Assembly (NCBI GenBank): GCA_023261845.1
Contig: JALNJZ010000006.1
Span: 1 to 64,000, forward strand
Direction of reading: 5' to 3'
Origin: Candidatus Terraquivivens tengchongensis
GTDB taxonomy: Archaea; Thermoproteota; Nitrososphaeria_A; Caldarchaeales; Wolframiiraptoraceae
Length of the DNA stretch: 64,000 nt
A program made the position numbers and the translations under genes. Under the pieces are notes generated by a model. That model had not been told where the DNA came from. It did no database searches and saw nothing but the letters and a program-made list of their open reading frames with translations. Each line of letters starts with the position of its first letter. Position 1 is the first letter of the stretch. Below are positions 9,036 to 20,847 of this stretch, one piece after another.

Positions 9036-9170
9036 ATGGTCTATCCGGGTATATTATCAGTTGAAGAAGAGGAGGAATTCGAAGAAGAGTTTGAGGAGGA
9101 ATTTGAGGAAGAAGAGTTTGAAGAGGAGGAAGAATTCGAAGAGGAAGAGTTTGAGGAAGAAGAGTTTTAA
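9036..9170 (+). CDS. 44-aa acidic microprotein, MVYPGILSV followed by seven E(3-5)F units
   Basis: ATG to TAA frame. Mixed GAA/GAG and TTC/TTT codons keep an E/F-only sequence. Followed by a hairpin and T-run. Confidence 0.65.
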   Translation: MVYPGILSVEEEEEFEEEFEEEFEEEEFEEEEEFEEEEFEEEEF

Positions 9171-9185
9171 CGCTTGACGGTAACT

Positions 9186-9215
9186 GGTTAGTTTTCCGTT
9201 ACTAACCTTTTATTT
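9186..9215. terminator. Hairpin plus T-run between convergent genes
   Basis: GGTTAGT...ACTAACC stem followed by TTTTATTT. Confidence 0.4.
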
Positions 9216-9768
9216 ATGCGCTTTTCTTAAATTCTACCACACTTATTTCTTCGAAGAACAGCCTAACGGATTTGAGCATTTTGTGGTCGAGTTTTAGCCT
9301 TGAGGCTGCCCTCCACAACTTTCCTAAATCGGAAACGCTCGAAACTACCAACAGGACCCTACCGGAACGTGAAAGCACGTGACGGGCTTGGTTTAAGAAC
9401 TCTATCGATATTTCCACACCATGTTTACCACCGAATACTGAAGCGTCCTTTAAGCATTCGTCGGGAAGGTACGGAGGGTTAAAAACGATGAGGTCAAAAC
9501 CAGAACCTTCCCTGAAGGGTGAGAGGAGGTTGCAACAAACCACATCGGTGTTGGTCCTTTGACCGTGTTTACGGAGTCGTTTTAGCGTAGCATAACATGA
9601 GTTCAGATCTATGTCCGTAGCTATCACATAATCGGACTTATATGTCAACATTGCAGAGACCAGACCACTACCAGAACCTACTTCCACCGCCTTTTTAACA
9701 TAGGGCACATCCTTAATGGCATCCATTAGTAAGAAAGTATCCTCCGAAGGCAGGTATACCTCATTCAT
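9214..9768 (-). CDS. HemK2/PrmC-family release-factor glutamine methyltransferase
   Basis: VYLPSEDTFLL, EVGSGSG, FNPPY. The probable start MNEV overlaps the asnS stop (ATGA). Confidence 0.88.
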   Translation of the reverse strand: MNEVYLPSEDTFLLMDAIKDVPYVKKAVEVGSGSGLVSAMLTYKSDYVIATDIDLNSCYATLKRLRKHGQRTNTDVVCCNLLSPFREGSGFDLIVFNPPYLPDECLKDASVFGGKHGVEISIEFLNQARHVLSRSGRVLLVVSSVSDLGKLWRAASRLKLDHKMLKSVRLFFEEISVVEFKKSA

Positions 9769-11069
9769 GGATAAACCCTTGCGGGCGTCCTTGGAAATAG
9801 CGTTACGCTCCTGATGTGCACCATGCCGAGCAGCCACCAAAGCATCCTCTCTAAGCCGAGACCGAAGCCGCTATGCGGTATTGACCCGTACTTTCTTAAA
9901 TCCAAGTACCATTCATAGTCTGAGGGGTTAAGACCAGCCTCTTTGATTCGCTGGACAAGTAGCTCGTAATCATGAATCCTTTGACCTCCGCCAACTATCT
10001 CACCATAACCTCCGGGTGCTAAAAGGTCAGCGCTGAGTGTGACCCTCGGATCTGATGGGTCAGGCATATGGTAGAAGGCCTTTGCCTCTTTGGGGTAATG
10101 GGTGACGAAAAAGGGCTTGTTGAATTCCTTAGACAGCTCCCTTTCTTCGTCTGCCCCAAAATCTTGTCCCCATTCTATGTTGAAACCCTTCCTCCTTAGA
10201 ATTTCTAGAGCTTCGGCATATTTTATTCTGGGGTATGGAGGTTCCGCGACCGAGGGGTTTATACTCTTCCCTAAAATCTTGAGGTAGGGTCCAGCAGACT
10301 CCGCTAGCGCCTTAACAGTGTCGCCGACAAGTCTCTCAACAACTGCCATCATGTCTTCTAGCGTCGCGTTGGCCATCTCGGCCTCAACGTGCCAAAACTC
10401 GGTCAGGTGCCTTCTAGTCCTGCTGAGCTCAGCCCTAAAGCTAGGCTGTATCGTGTAAACCTTCTCTAATCCGAATATTGCCGCCTCTTGATAGAATTGG
10501 ACGCTCTGGGTCAAGTAGACGTTCCTGCCAAAGTAATCTACCTTAAAAAGCGTAGCACCGCCCTCGACGGCGGCCGTTATGAACGTAGGACAGTGGATCT
10601 CGGTAAACCCGTTCTTCCTAAACCATTCGTGGATGAGTCCGGTCAGCAAGGAGCGTATCTTCATTACTGCGGTAACCTTGGGACTCCTGAGGTGCAGGTG
10701 TCTATTGTCTAGTAAGAACTTAACGCTGGCACCGGGCTTTATGGGAAACTCAGCTATTGATTTACCTATGACCTTGAATGACCTGCAGTGTATTTCAGTT
10801 CCACCTGGCGCCCTCGGGTCCTTTTTTATGATACCTGTTATTACGACCGACGATTCCCTTGTAACGTCCAGGGCTTCCTTAAAGCTATCCTCCTCGGCAA
10901 ATCCACGCTTCACTGTAACCTGTATTGTTCCTGTGGAGTCCCTAAGCTCCAGAAAAACCAACCCTCCATGCACCCGCTTGTTCCTGACCCAACCAAATAG
11001 CTCAGCTTCCTCATTCTCCGGCGCTTCGAAGGCTTCGGCAACGTGTAACCTTCTGGCCAATTTAGACAC
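9765..11069 (-). CDS. asnS: Asparagine--tRNA ligase
   Basis: OB-fold N-terminus, YLTQSVQ, FRAELSRTRRHLTEF, GEIVGGGQR, PHSGFGLGLER. Confidence 0.92.
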   Translation of the reverse strand: MSKLARRLHVAEAFEAPENEEAELFGWVRNKRVHGGLVFLELRDSTGTIQVTVKRGFAEEDSFKEALDVTRESSVVITGIIKKDPRAPGGTEIHCRSFKVIGKSIAEFPIKPGASVKFLLDNRHLHLRSPKVTAVMKIRSLLTGLIHEWFRKNGFTEIHCPTFITAAVEGGATLFKVDYFGRNVYLTQSVQFYQEAAIFGLEKVYTIQPSFRAELSRTRRHLTEFWHVEAEMANATLEDMMAVVERLVGDTVKALAESAGPYLKILGKSINPSVAEPPYPRIKYAEALEILRRKGFNIEWGQDFGADEERELSKEFNKPFFVTHYPKEAKAFYHMPDPSDPRVTLSADLLAPGGYGEIVGGGQRIHDYELLVQRIKEAGLNPSDYEWYLDLRKYGSIPHSGFGLGLERMLWWLLGMVHIRSVTLFPRTPARVYP

Positions 11070-11112
11070 CTCCTCTAATGTTTAAGGCATGCTTTGAACG
11101 TTCCGGCAAAGC

Positions 11113-11460
11113 CTATAATACTTGGGACCCCTCCTTTACATCCCTTTCGGGAATTATCGGCGCTATGATGTCTTCCGACTCGGCAGCCGCTAATATCATG
11201 CATTCGGATACCTCGCCCCTAACGGTCTTTGGCTTGAGGTTCACCAAGAACACGAACTTCTTATTGATGAAGTGCTCTGGTTCGTATATGTGACCAAGGC
11301 CGGTTATTGCCCTTTTCTTGAAAGAGCCGAAATTGACGAGTAATTTTATAAGTCTGTCGGTCCCGACCACCCTTTCCGCATGTTCAACCAGGCCCACCCT
11401 AATGTCGAACCTTTTAAACTCTGATATGTCAACCTGCGACAACTGACTTCGAGCATCCAA
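11113..11460 (-). CDS. tRNA-binding OB-fold protein (Trbp111/CsaA/MetRS C-terminal-like)
   Basis: EFKRFDIRVG, VNLKPK...GEVSECMIL. Confidence 0.88.
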   Translation of the reverse strand: MDARSQLSQVDISEFKRFDIRVGLVEHAERVVGTDRLIKLLVNFGSFKKRAITGLGHIYEPEHFINKKFVFLVNLKPKTVRGEVSECMILAAAESEDIIAPIIPERDVKEGSQVL

Positions 11461-11588
11461 ATTCTAAATCACTTAAAAAGATTACCTAGCATAACAACTT
11501 CAGCGCTTTACTTTAACGTGTCGCTGTATTGTTACAAAATTCGAAAAATTTTTATAACAATAAATTTGTATAAAGATTGTGAATAAGT

Positions 11589-11702
11589 ATGCCAAAGAAG
11601 AAGGCTAAGAAGACAAAAACAAAGACAAAGACGAAGAAGAAAAAGGCTAAGAAGACCGAGGAGGAGAAGGCACCAGAAGCTCCCGCCCCTGAAGGGGGAT
11701 AA
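11589..11702 (+). CDS. 37-aa lysine-rich microprotein MPKKKAKKTKTKTKTKKKKAKKTEEEKAPEAPAPEGG
   Basis: ATG to TAA frame. BRE/TATA-like CGAAAAATTTTTATAA at ~11542-11557 upstream; T-rich terminator at ~11755-11769. Confidence 0.65.
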   Translation: MPKKKAKKTKTKTKTKKKKAKKTEEEKAPEAPAPEGG

Positions 11703-11782
11703 CTTGACTTAAAGAATCTTAGAGACGTTAAAACCCTAAAGCCGCCCCTTAATATTTTTACTTTTTTTTGTAGATTAGGTCT

Positions 11783-12295
11783 TCAGACGACTGCTGTCTC
11801 TTTGCGTGTTAAGAGAGTTGACGACAGGAACCCAAATACGCTTGAAAATGCCAAGACCACTAGATACGGTACCATAAGGTTGAGCGGTTGGGGCGGTATG
11901 AGGTTTTCTATGAACGTGTTCACCTTAACCAACCAAAATTGAGGGCCATAAACATCCGCAAAAACCACGCCCGTCAAGCCAAGCCATGATAAGATAATGG
12001 ACGAAGGCATTAACAACGATAGCTTTACGGAGGAAGAGAGTTTTCCAGCTACTAATCCGGCGAGTGCGGATGCGACCGCCCATATCATGAAACACACCAG
12101 ACCCTCACTACTGCTTATAAAACCCGTGGATAGAGGTAGCAAGAGTGCTGTGTATGCCTGAAGCAGCAACGAGAGTACTAAAAGCTGGAAATTCTCGGGC
12201 TCTGGCCATGATGGGCTATGACCCGTAAACAAGACGACAGACGCTAAGGTAAGCGTCGCCATACCAATGATGAAACCTGCAATCAGTCTAGCCAT
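11783..12295 (-). CDS. Hypothetical multi-pass membrane protein
   Basis: 170 aa with about five hydrophobic segments. Confidence 0.7.
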   Translation of the reverse strand: MARLIAGFIIGMATLTLASVVLFTGHSPSWPEPENFQLLVLSLLLQAYTALLLPLSTGFISSSEGLVCFMIWAVASALAGLVAGKLSSSVKLSLLMPSSIILSWLGLTGVVFADVYGPQFWLVKVNTFIENLIPPQPLNLMVPYLVVLAFSSVFGFLSSTLLTRKETAVV

Positions 12296-12434
12296 ACCAC
12301 CCGACCTGCGAGTTAGCCTATCATAAACCTTCCTTTAAACGCGCATAAAGCAGATTCCGAGCAGGCAGTCCCCCGTATTATGCGGGTAATGTTAAGCAAG
12401 ATTTTTATACTAAGTATTTTGTGCTAAACGTGGT

Positions 12435-12662
12435 ATGCAGATAGCCTATGTATTACTGACTGTGGAGCCCGGATACGAGGACGAAACATTAGCTGAGCTA
12501 AAACAAATAACCAATGTAAAGGAGGCTTGTAGGGTATACGGAGTTTACGACATAGTGGTCAGAATAGAGGCTGAGGACCATGAGAAACTTAGGACGATGA
12601 TATCCAGGATAAGACACATCCAAAGAATTAGGTCGACTACCACGCTCATAGTCTGGGAGTGA
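12435..12662 (+). CDS. Lrp/AsnC ligand-binding (RAM) domain protein
   Basis: AYVLL...VYGVYDIVV...IRSTTTLI pattern; no HTH. Confidence 0.88.
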   Translation: MQIAYVLLTVEPGYEDETLAELKQITNVKEACRVYGVYDIVVRIEAEDHEKLRTMISRIRHIQRIRSTTTLIVWE

Positions 12663-12873
12663 GCTGCCAATCTCTCCCTCTATTAGAACACGCAATATCC
12701 GAAATTTATCCATCCTTCCTGTAAAAACAGGGAGTAGCTTGACGGGGCTAATGTTATAAAGTGGAGCTTTAAAGTTTGGGTCTGATGTTTGGTTTAGCGC
12801 TTTCTTTTCCTGCTATCCTCGCGTTAAGGTTCTGATTAAAAGTTATTAAACTACTAACTTTTGATTAAAAACG

Positions 12874-14400
12874 ATGAGATTTGAAGTAACTTCGACAAAT
12901 TTAGAGGATGTAGAAGCAGATTCTCTTATCATCCAGTTCTTTGAGACTACTGAAGTTCCGGAGGCCATACTTACGCTACCCGAGAGTATCAAAGAAGAGG
13001 TAGCACCACCTATCGGGACGGGTGGTTTTAAGGCTAAACTTGGTCAAGTGTTACCAGTATATCCAAAATCGGCAGGCTCGATCCGTTGCTTTCTGCTATT
13101 GGGTCTGGGAAGCAAGCAGGATTTTAGTCTAGAGGCTATAAGACAAGCTCATGGTTATGCGGCCCTGAAGGTCAAGGAGCTAGGTAGCAGGAGCGTAGCT
13201 GTGCCCATACTCAGCATACCTCCCTATACCGCTCCCGAGATAACTGCAAGCGTCGTCGAGGCGATAAGTCTGGCTTTTTACAAATTTGACAAGTACAAGT
13301 CAAAGGTCGAGGATGGCAAGTATCCGGAGCTCGTCAGGCTCGTAGTGGACTCAGATATGAAAGGCATGTGCGACGCTGCGGCACGGGAGGCCACCATAGT
13401 CTCGGAGGCCGTAAAGCTTGCGAGGGACATAGCAAACATGCCGAGCAGCGACATCCCGCCCAAAAGGATGGCGGAGATAGCGACCGAGGTCGGTATGGCG
13501 AGCGGCTTCTCTACCAAGGTCTTCGAGATGGAGGTTCTTGAGAGGATGGGCATGAAAGGCATAGTTAGCGTCGGAAAAGGCAGCTCCAACCCGCCAGTCT
13601 TGATAGTCATGAAGTATGACGGGGGTGGCGATACCTACGCAGTTGTAGGGAAGGGAGTAGTGTTCGACAGCGGTGGCATATCCATAAAACCGTCGGAAAA
13701 GATGGAAGAAATGAAGTACGATAAATCTGGCGCGGCCGCAGTCATAGCGCTCATGAAGGCAGTAGCCGAGCTTAAACTTCCCATAAGGTTGATAGGCATA
13801 GTGCCGGTCGTCGAAAACCTGCCGAGTGGTAATGCGCTTAAGCCTGGAGACATTATTAAGTTTAGAAACGGAAAGACGGCAGAAATCATAAGCACAGATG
13901 CAGAGGGTAGGCTCATACTTGCAGATGCTCTTGCTTATGCGTCCGAGATGAAACCAAAAGCGATAATAGATCTGGCAACGCTAACTGGTGCCTGCGTCAT
14001 AGCCCTCGGAACGCATGCGAGCGGTTTATTCAGCAACAACGATGGGTTGGCTGATAGGCTTATAAAGGCAGGAGAAAAGACCGGAGAGAGGCTTTGGAGG
14101 CTTCCGCTCTGGAAAGAGTACTTCGAGCAGATAAAGAGCGATGTGGCAGATATGAAGAACGTCGGCGGTAGACCTGCTGGCGCGATAACCGCGGCGGCCT
14201 TCTTGATGAACTTCGTGGATAGTAACATACCCTGGGCCCATATAGACATAGCGGGGACTGCATGGACCCAAGAATCGTCACCTGAGAAGAGTTACATACC
14301 GAAGGGTGCTACGGGCGTCGGCGTTAGGTTGCTCGTGGAATTTTTAAAGTCAGAAATTAAGCAGGGTCAAGTCTCGCTTGCTGGGAACGCCAATACTTAA
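12874..14400 (+). CDS. pepA: Leucyl aminopeptidase (M17)
   Basis: VGKGVVFDSGG, MKYDKSG, STDAEGRL, DLATLTGA, HIDIAG. Confidence 0.95.
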   Translation: MRFEVTSTNLEDVEADSLIIQFFETTEVPEAILTLPESIKEEVAPPIGTGGFKAKLGQVLPVYPKSAGSIRCFLLLGLGSKQDFSLEAIRQAHGYAALKVKELGSRSVAVPILSIPPYTAPEITASVVEAISLAFYKFDKYKSKVEDGKYPELVRLVVDSDMKGMCDAAAREATIVSEAVKLARDIANMPSSDIPPKRMAEIATEVGMASGFSTKVFEMEVLERMGMKGIVSVGKGSSNPPVLIVMKYDGGGDTYAVVGKGVVFDSGGISIKPSEKMEEMKYDKSGAAAVIALMKAVAELKLPIRLIGIVPVVENLPSGNALKPGDIIKFRNGKTAEIISTDAEGRLILADALAYASEMKPKAIIDLATLTGACVIALGTHASGLFSNNDGLADRLIKAGEKTGERLWRLPLWKEYFEQIKSDVADMKNVGGRPAGAITAAAFLMNFVDSNIPWAHIDIAGTAWTQESSPEKSYIPKGATGVGVRLLVEFLKSEIKQGQVSLAGNANT

Positions 14401-14482
14401 ATTATACCAAGGACCTATTGGCTTCTGTTCAGTAAAAAGCCGTGTTTAGGTACTTGGATTTGTATCCGTAGGTGGGTCGGTA

Positions 14483-17224
14483 TTGCCTAGGGTCGCGGTT
14501 ATAGATTATGATTTCTGCCAGCCGACAAAATGCGGCCAGCCTTGCATATCGTTCTGCCCACCCGTGAGAAACAAGATAGAGGCGATCAAGCTCGGCGATA
14601 AGGGATTTCCAGTAATAAACGAAATACTGTGTATCGGGTGCGGCATATGCCTCGACCCGAACGCACCAGTGATAACGGATGCTGGCTTAAAGCCCATTAA
14701 GGAAATAAGAGCGGGCAATATGGTACTCACCCATAAAGGAAGGTTTAAGACAGTTATCTCGAAAAGCGTCAGGCTGTATACTGGGCCCCTTTATAAGGTA
14801 AGGGTTCGCGGCATACCGGACGTGGTAACGCTAACCGAGGAACATCCGCTACTCGTCGCCTCGAAAGGTCGAGAAGAGAACGATTTTACGTTTACGTGGA
14901 AAACCCCGCCTGAGCTGAAAGAAGGTGATTATCTTTGTGTTCCGATAATCATGGGCGACTGTGGTTTAGAAGAGCCTATCGTTACCGCCTCGGATGGATC
15001 GGCTCAATTGTTATCCCTTCAGTTAACGTTTGAGCTCGGCATGGTATTCGGCTACTACCTTGCTAGAGGAACCTTGGAGCATGGAAAAATCGTATTTAGG
15101 TTCGATGAAGAGGGGTTGACTAAGAAGGCCGAAGGATTTCTGGAGAAATGTTTTGGCGTGAAAACAATACGGGAGGGTTCAAACTCGTTCGCCGTCAGCT
15201 CAGAGTCGCTGGCCAACCTGCTCCACAGCCTTCTCGGAGATTCTGAAGATTCTAAGAGGGTGCCGGCGAGCCTTCTATCGGCACCTTTAGACTTCTTAAG
15301 GGGTTTCATCTCGGGATTCATGGAAGCCAAGGGTTGTCGTGAGATCCCATGCAACTCAACGAACGACGCATACATCTTAAAGTTGATGGGGGCTAGGGTC
15401 GGCTTACCGCTGTCAATAAACAAGGTTGCCAACGAGTACGTGATTTCGATTGGTGACGGCAGAGAAAGCATATCATCGCAGGGTTACCAACTACATCCAA
15501 TAGACTCAGTGAGTGTTGAGTGTGTAAAGGATTACTTGGTAATGAACTTGGAGGTCAAGGACGACGAGACATACAACGTAGCAGGACTTGTAGTCCACAA
15601 CTGCGTTAAGAAGTGCCCCTTCAAGGCCATCACGATAGTTAACCTAAGCGAAGAACTCGGTAAGGACCTAACGCATCAATACGGCGTGAATTCATTCAGG
15701 CTTTACAGGCTTCCGTACCTGGAGCAGGGGAAGGTCGTCGGCATAATAGGAAAGAACGGCATAGGCAAAACCACTGCGTTACAGATACTTGCGGGCCGAA
15801 TCGTTCCTAATCTGGGCAAGCTTGATGGAGAGGCATCTTTACACGAAGTTGCTAAAGTGTTCAGGGGTTCATTGATACAGGATTACTTGACGAAGCTTGC
15901 CAACGGTAACGTGAAAATCTCGTATAAGCCGCAATACATCGATATGATACCAAAGGTCGTTAAGGGTAAAGTGGGTACGATTTTATCAAAGATGGGGCCC
16001 GAAGAACGTGTTAACAAGCTAGTAGACATACTGGAGCTCCGTAACCTGTTGGACAGGGATGTTTCTGTGCTTAGTGGTGGTGAGCTCCAACGTCTTGCGA
16101 TAGCGGCTTGTCTTGCGAAGAATGCTAATACTTTCATCTTAGACGAGCCGACAAGTTTTCTCGACATCAAGCAAAGGTTCAGAGCCGCCTCGGCAATTAG
16201 AGATGCGTCACATGAGGGTATGGTTCTCGTATCCGACCACGACCTCGCTGTTCTCGATTACACATCGGACAAGATCTTCGTGTTTTACGGCGAACCCGGA
16301 GTATACGGCATCGTCGCAGGCCCTTATGGCGTTAGGGAGGGCATAAACATATTCATAGAAGGATACATACCAGACGAGAACGTAAGGTTTAGAAGCGAAA
16401 GAATATCGTTCCAGTTAAAGCCTCCAACGGAAACTTATGAAGAAGGTTATTTGACGCTTTGCTGGCCCAGCATGACGAAAACCTATGATGTCTTTAAGCT
16501 GGAGGTCGAGGAGGGGTGCATATATCCGGGCGAGGTAATCGGTATAGTTGGTCCGAACGGTATAGGCAAGACAACATTCATAAAGATATTGGCAGGTATC
16601 GAAAAGGCGGACAGAGAGTTTCAACTGCCTTACAGGACGATAAGCTACAAGCCCCAGTACCCAGAGGTAAAGGACGAGAATGTTGAAGCCGTTCTTAGGG
16701 AGGCGGCCAGGAGCAAGTTCGATACCGACCTTTACCAGTCAGAGCTGATTAGACCGTTAGGTTTGCACAAGCTACTTGAAAGGGAAGTTAAAGAGCTGAG
16801 TGGTGGCGAGCTTCAGAAGGTTGCGATAGCGGAGGCTCTTTCAAAGGATGCCGAAATTTACCTGATAGACGAGCCGAGCGCCTACTTGGACGTTGAGGAA
16901 AGATATACAATTGCAAAGTTGTTAAAGAGGATAACACGTGAAAGGAAGGCCTACACCTTCCTCGTCGAACACGACCTCATGGTGTTGGACTTTGCATCGA
17001 GCAGACTAATGGTCTTCTCGGGCGAGCCTGGTATCAACGGACGTGCCAGCAAGCCCATGGATCTTAGGTCAGGGTTCAACGCTTTTCTAAAAGAGATGGG
17101 TGTCACTTTCAGGAGAGACCACCAGACATTTAGGCCAAGGGCAAACAAACCTGACTCTAGGTTGGACAGGCAACAAAAGGCAATGGGAGAGTATTACTAC
17201 CCAGTGCCGACGTCCGAATTATAA
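14483..17224 (+). CDS. Ribosome recycling ATPase ABCE1/RLI, interrupted by an intein
   Basis: N-terminal 2x[4Fe-4S] Cys motifs, QYGVNSFRLYRLP, two ABC NBDs (GKNGIGKTT, GPNGIGKTT, LSGGELQ), RPRANK. The spliced length is 595 aa. Confidence 0.95.
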   Translation: MPRVAVIDYDFCQPTKCGQPCISFCPPVRNKIEAIKLGDKGFPVINEILCIGCGICLDPNAPVITDAGLKPIKEIRAGNMVLTHKGRFKTVISKSVRLYTGPLYKVRVRGIPDVVTLTEEHPLLVASKGREENDFTFTWKTPPELKEGDYLCVPIIMGDCGLEEPIVTASDGSAQLLSLQLTFELGMVFGYYLARGTLEHGKIVFRFDEEGLTKKAEGFLEKCFGVKTIREGSNSFAVSSESLANLLHSLLGDSEDSKRVPASLLSAPLDFLRGFISGFMEAKGCREIPCNSTNDAYILKLMGARVGLPLSINKVANEYVISIGDGRESISSQGYQLHPIDSVSVECVKDYLVMNLEVKDDETYNVAGLVVHNCVKKCPFKAITIVNLSEELGKDLTHQYGVNSFRLYRLPYLEQGKVVGIIGKNGIGKTTALQILAGRIVPNLGKLDGEASLHEVAKVFRGSLIQDYLTKLANGNVKISYKPQYIDMIPKVVKGKVGTILSKMGPEERVNKLVDILELRNLLDRDVSVLSGGELQRLAIAACLAKNANTFILDEPTSFLDIKQRFRAASAIRDASHEGMVLVSDHDLAVLDYTSDKIFVFYGEPGVYGIVAGPYGVREGINIFIEGYIPDENVRFRSERISFQLKPPTETYEEGYLTLCWPSMTKTYDVFKLEVEEGCIYPGEVIGIVGPNGIGKTTFIKILAGIEKADREFQLPYRTISYKPQYPEVKDENVEAVLREAARSKFDTDLYQSELIRPLGLHKLLEREVKELSGGELQKVAIAEALSKDAEIYLIDEPSAYLDVEERYTIAKLLKRITRERKAYTFLVEHDLMVLDFASSRLMVFSGEPGINGRASKPMDLRSGFNAFLKEMGVTFRRDHQTFRPRANKPDSRLDRQQKAMGEYYYPVPTSEL
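14648..15601 (+). mobile_element. 318-aa intein with a degenerate LAGLIDADG region, in ABCE1
   Basis: Begins CLDPNAPV, block B LTEEHPL, ends VVHN followed by +1 Cys. LAGLIDADG-like helices FGYYLARG and FISGFMEAKG. Confidence 0.92.
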
Positions 17225-17275
17225 ATTTTTTCAATGATAAGAAAAATTAAATATTTTTAAGTTTAGAGTTGAAAC

Positions 17276-19568
<2,293 letters not shown>

Positions 19569-19612
19569 AGGCTAGAGTTTTATAGCTGAGTCTAACCTCT
19601 TTTCTTTTATAC

Positions 19613-20089
19613 GTGGTAGGGTTGACGAAGCTTAGTTATGAGGATAAGCTAAAAGAATTGGGTTATTCGCTACCGGAACCACCCAAACCCATCGCATCGT
19701 ACGTTCCGAGCGTAAGGGTGGGCAAGCTGCTCTTCGTGAGTGGCGTCATACCACTAGTAAACGACAGGCTGCTGTACGCTGGCAAGCTGGGCAGAGAGGT
19801 TACAGTGGAGCAGGGATACGAGGCGGCTAGAGTTGCTGCGTTGAATGCCCTTTCTATCATAAAATCCTCACTCGGTAGTCTCGAAAAAGTGAGGAGGATT
19901 GTGAAGCTAGTTGGTTACGTGGCTTCGGCGGAAGGTTTTAGTGAGCAGCCGAAGGTCGTCAACGGCGCTTCAGACCTCTTAATACAAGTGTTCGGTGAGA
20001 GAGGGAAGCATTCGAGGGTCGCGGTTGGTGTCATAGAGTTACCGAGGGGTGCTCCGGTAGAGATCGAGATGATAGTTCAAACAAAATAA
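19613..20089 (+). CDS. RidA/YjgF family protein
   Basis: LLFVSG, VNGASDL, HSRVAVGV.ELP...PVEIE. Confidence 0.9.
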   Translation: MVGLTKLSYEDKLKELGYSLPEPPKPIASYVPSVRVGKLLFVSGVIPLVNDRLLYAGKLGREVTVEQGYEAARVAALNALSIIKSSLGSLEKVRRIVKLVGYVASAEGFSEQPKVVNGASDLLIQVFGERGKHSRVAVGVIELPRGAPVEIEMIVQTK

Positions 20090-20101
20090 GGTAGTGACAA
20101 C

Positions 20102-20749
20102 ATGCCCAAGCAAAAGCTGATAGTTTTCGATATAGACGGAACGCTCTACAGAAGCGACGATTACGAGAGGGAACTCCATAAAGAGATCGTGGAGCTGCTT
20201 GCTGAGAAACTTGGCTGTAGCACCGAGGAGGTTAAAGCCAAGCTCAGGGCTTTGAGGAAGGAAACTCCGAGCATAAGCTGGTGCTTGATAAAGCTCGGGA
20301 TAAACCTGAAGGAGTTTTATGAAGAGCTTGCTAGAAGGGCAAACCCCTCAAAGTACATAAGGGAGGCGAAAGATGTCAAGGCTTTGCTGGGAAAGCTCAA
20401 GGAGGCTGGATTCAAACTTGCAGCACACACAAATTCCGGTAGAGCGCTTGCCCTTAAGGTGCTCGGAGCCCTTGGGATAAACCCCTCGATGTTTGATATA
20501 ATGGTCACGAGTGACGATGCAGAACCGAAACCTTCCCCTGACGGCTACCTGAAGATTCTAGGACTTGCGGGCATAACCGCTGAAGAGGCCGTATACGTCG
20601 GCGACCGCTACGACGTCGACTTGAAGCCTGCGAAGGAGCTCGGCATTAGGACAGTCATCGTAGGAAAAGGCATAACCCCAAAGGACGTGGACTTCAAAGT
20701 TGAAAACATCCTCGAGATCGAAGACCTATTTCTGAAGACACAAGGATAA
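20102..20749 (+). CDS. HAD-family hydrolase
   Basis: FDIDGTL, KPSP, YVGDRYDVD. Confidence 0.9.
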   Translation: MPKQKLIVFDIDGTLYRSDDYERELHKEIVELLAEKLGCSTEEVKAKLRALRKETPSISWCLIKLGINLKEFYEELARRANPSKYIREAKDVKALLGKLKEAGFKLAAHTNSGRALALKVLGALGINPSMFDIMVTSDDAEPKPSPDGYLKILGLAGITAEEAVYVGDRYDVDLKPAKELGIRTVIVGKGITPKDVDFKVENILEIEDLFLKTQG

Positions 20750-20847
20750 GGCTTGTGTCGAGTAGTTGTGAATTCTTCAAATTCAAGTATAAAAGGAGCG
20801 GATGTGGAATAGTATTATTTTGAGCAGAAAGCCTGGGATGTAAACTC

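Noticed and set aside
9769-9840. N-terminal extension of the HemK2 ORF
   Set aside because: Lies inside asnS; the ATGA overlap at 9765-9768 is the more plausible start.
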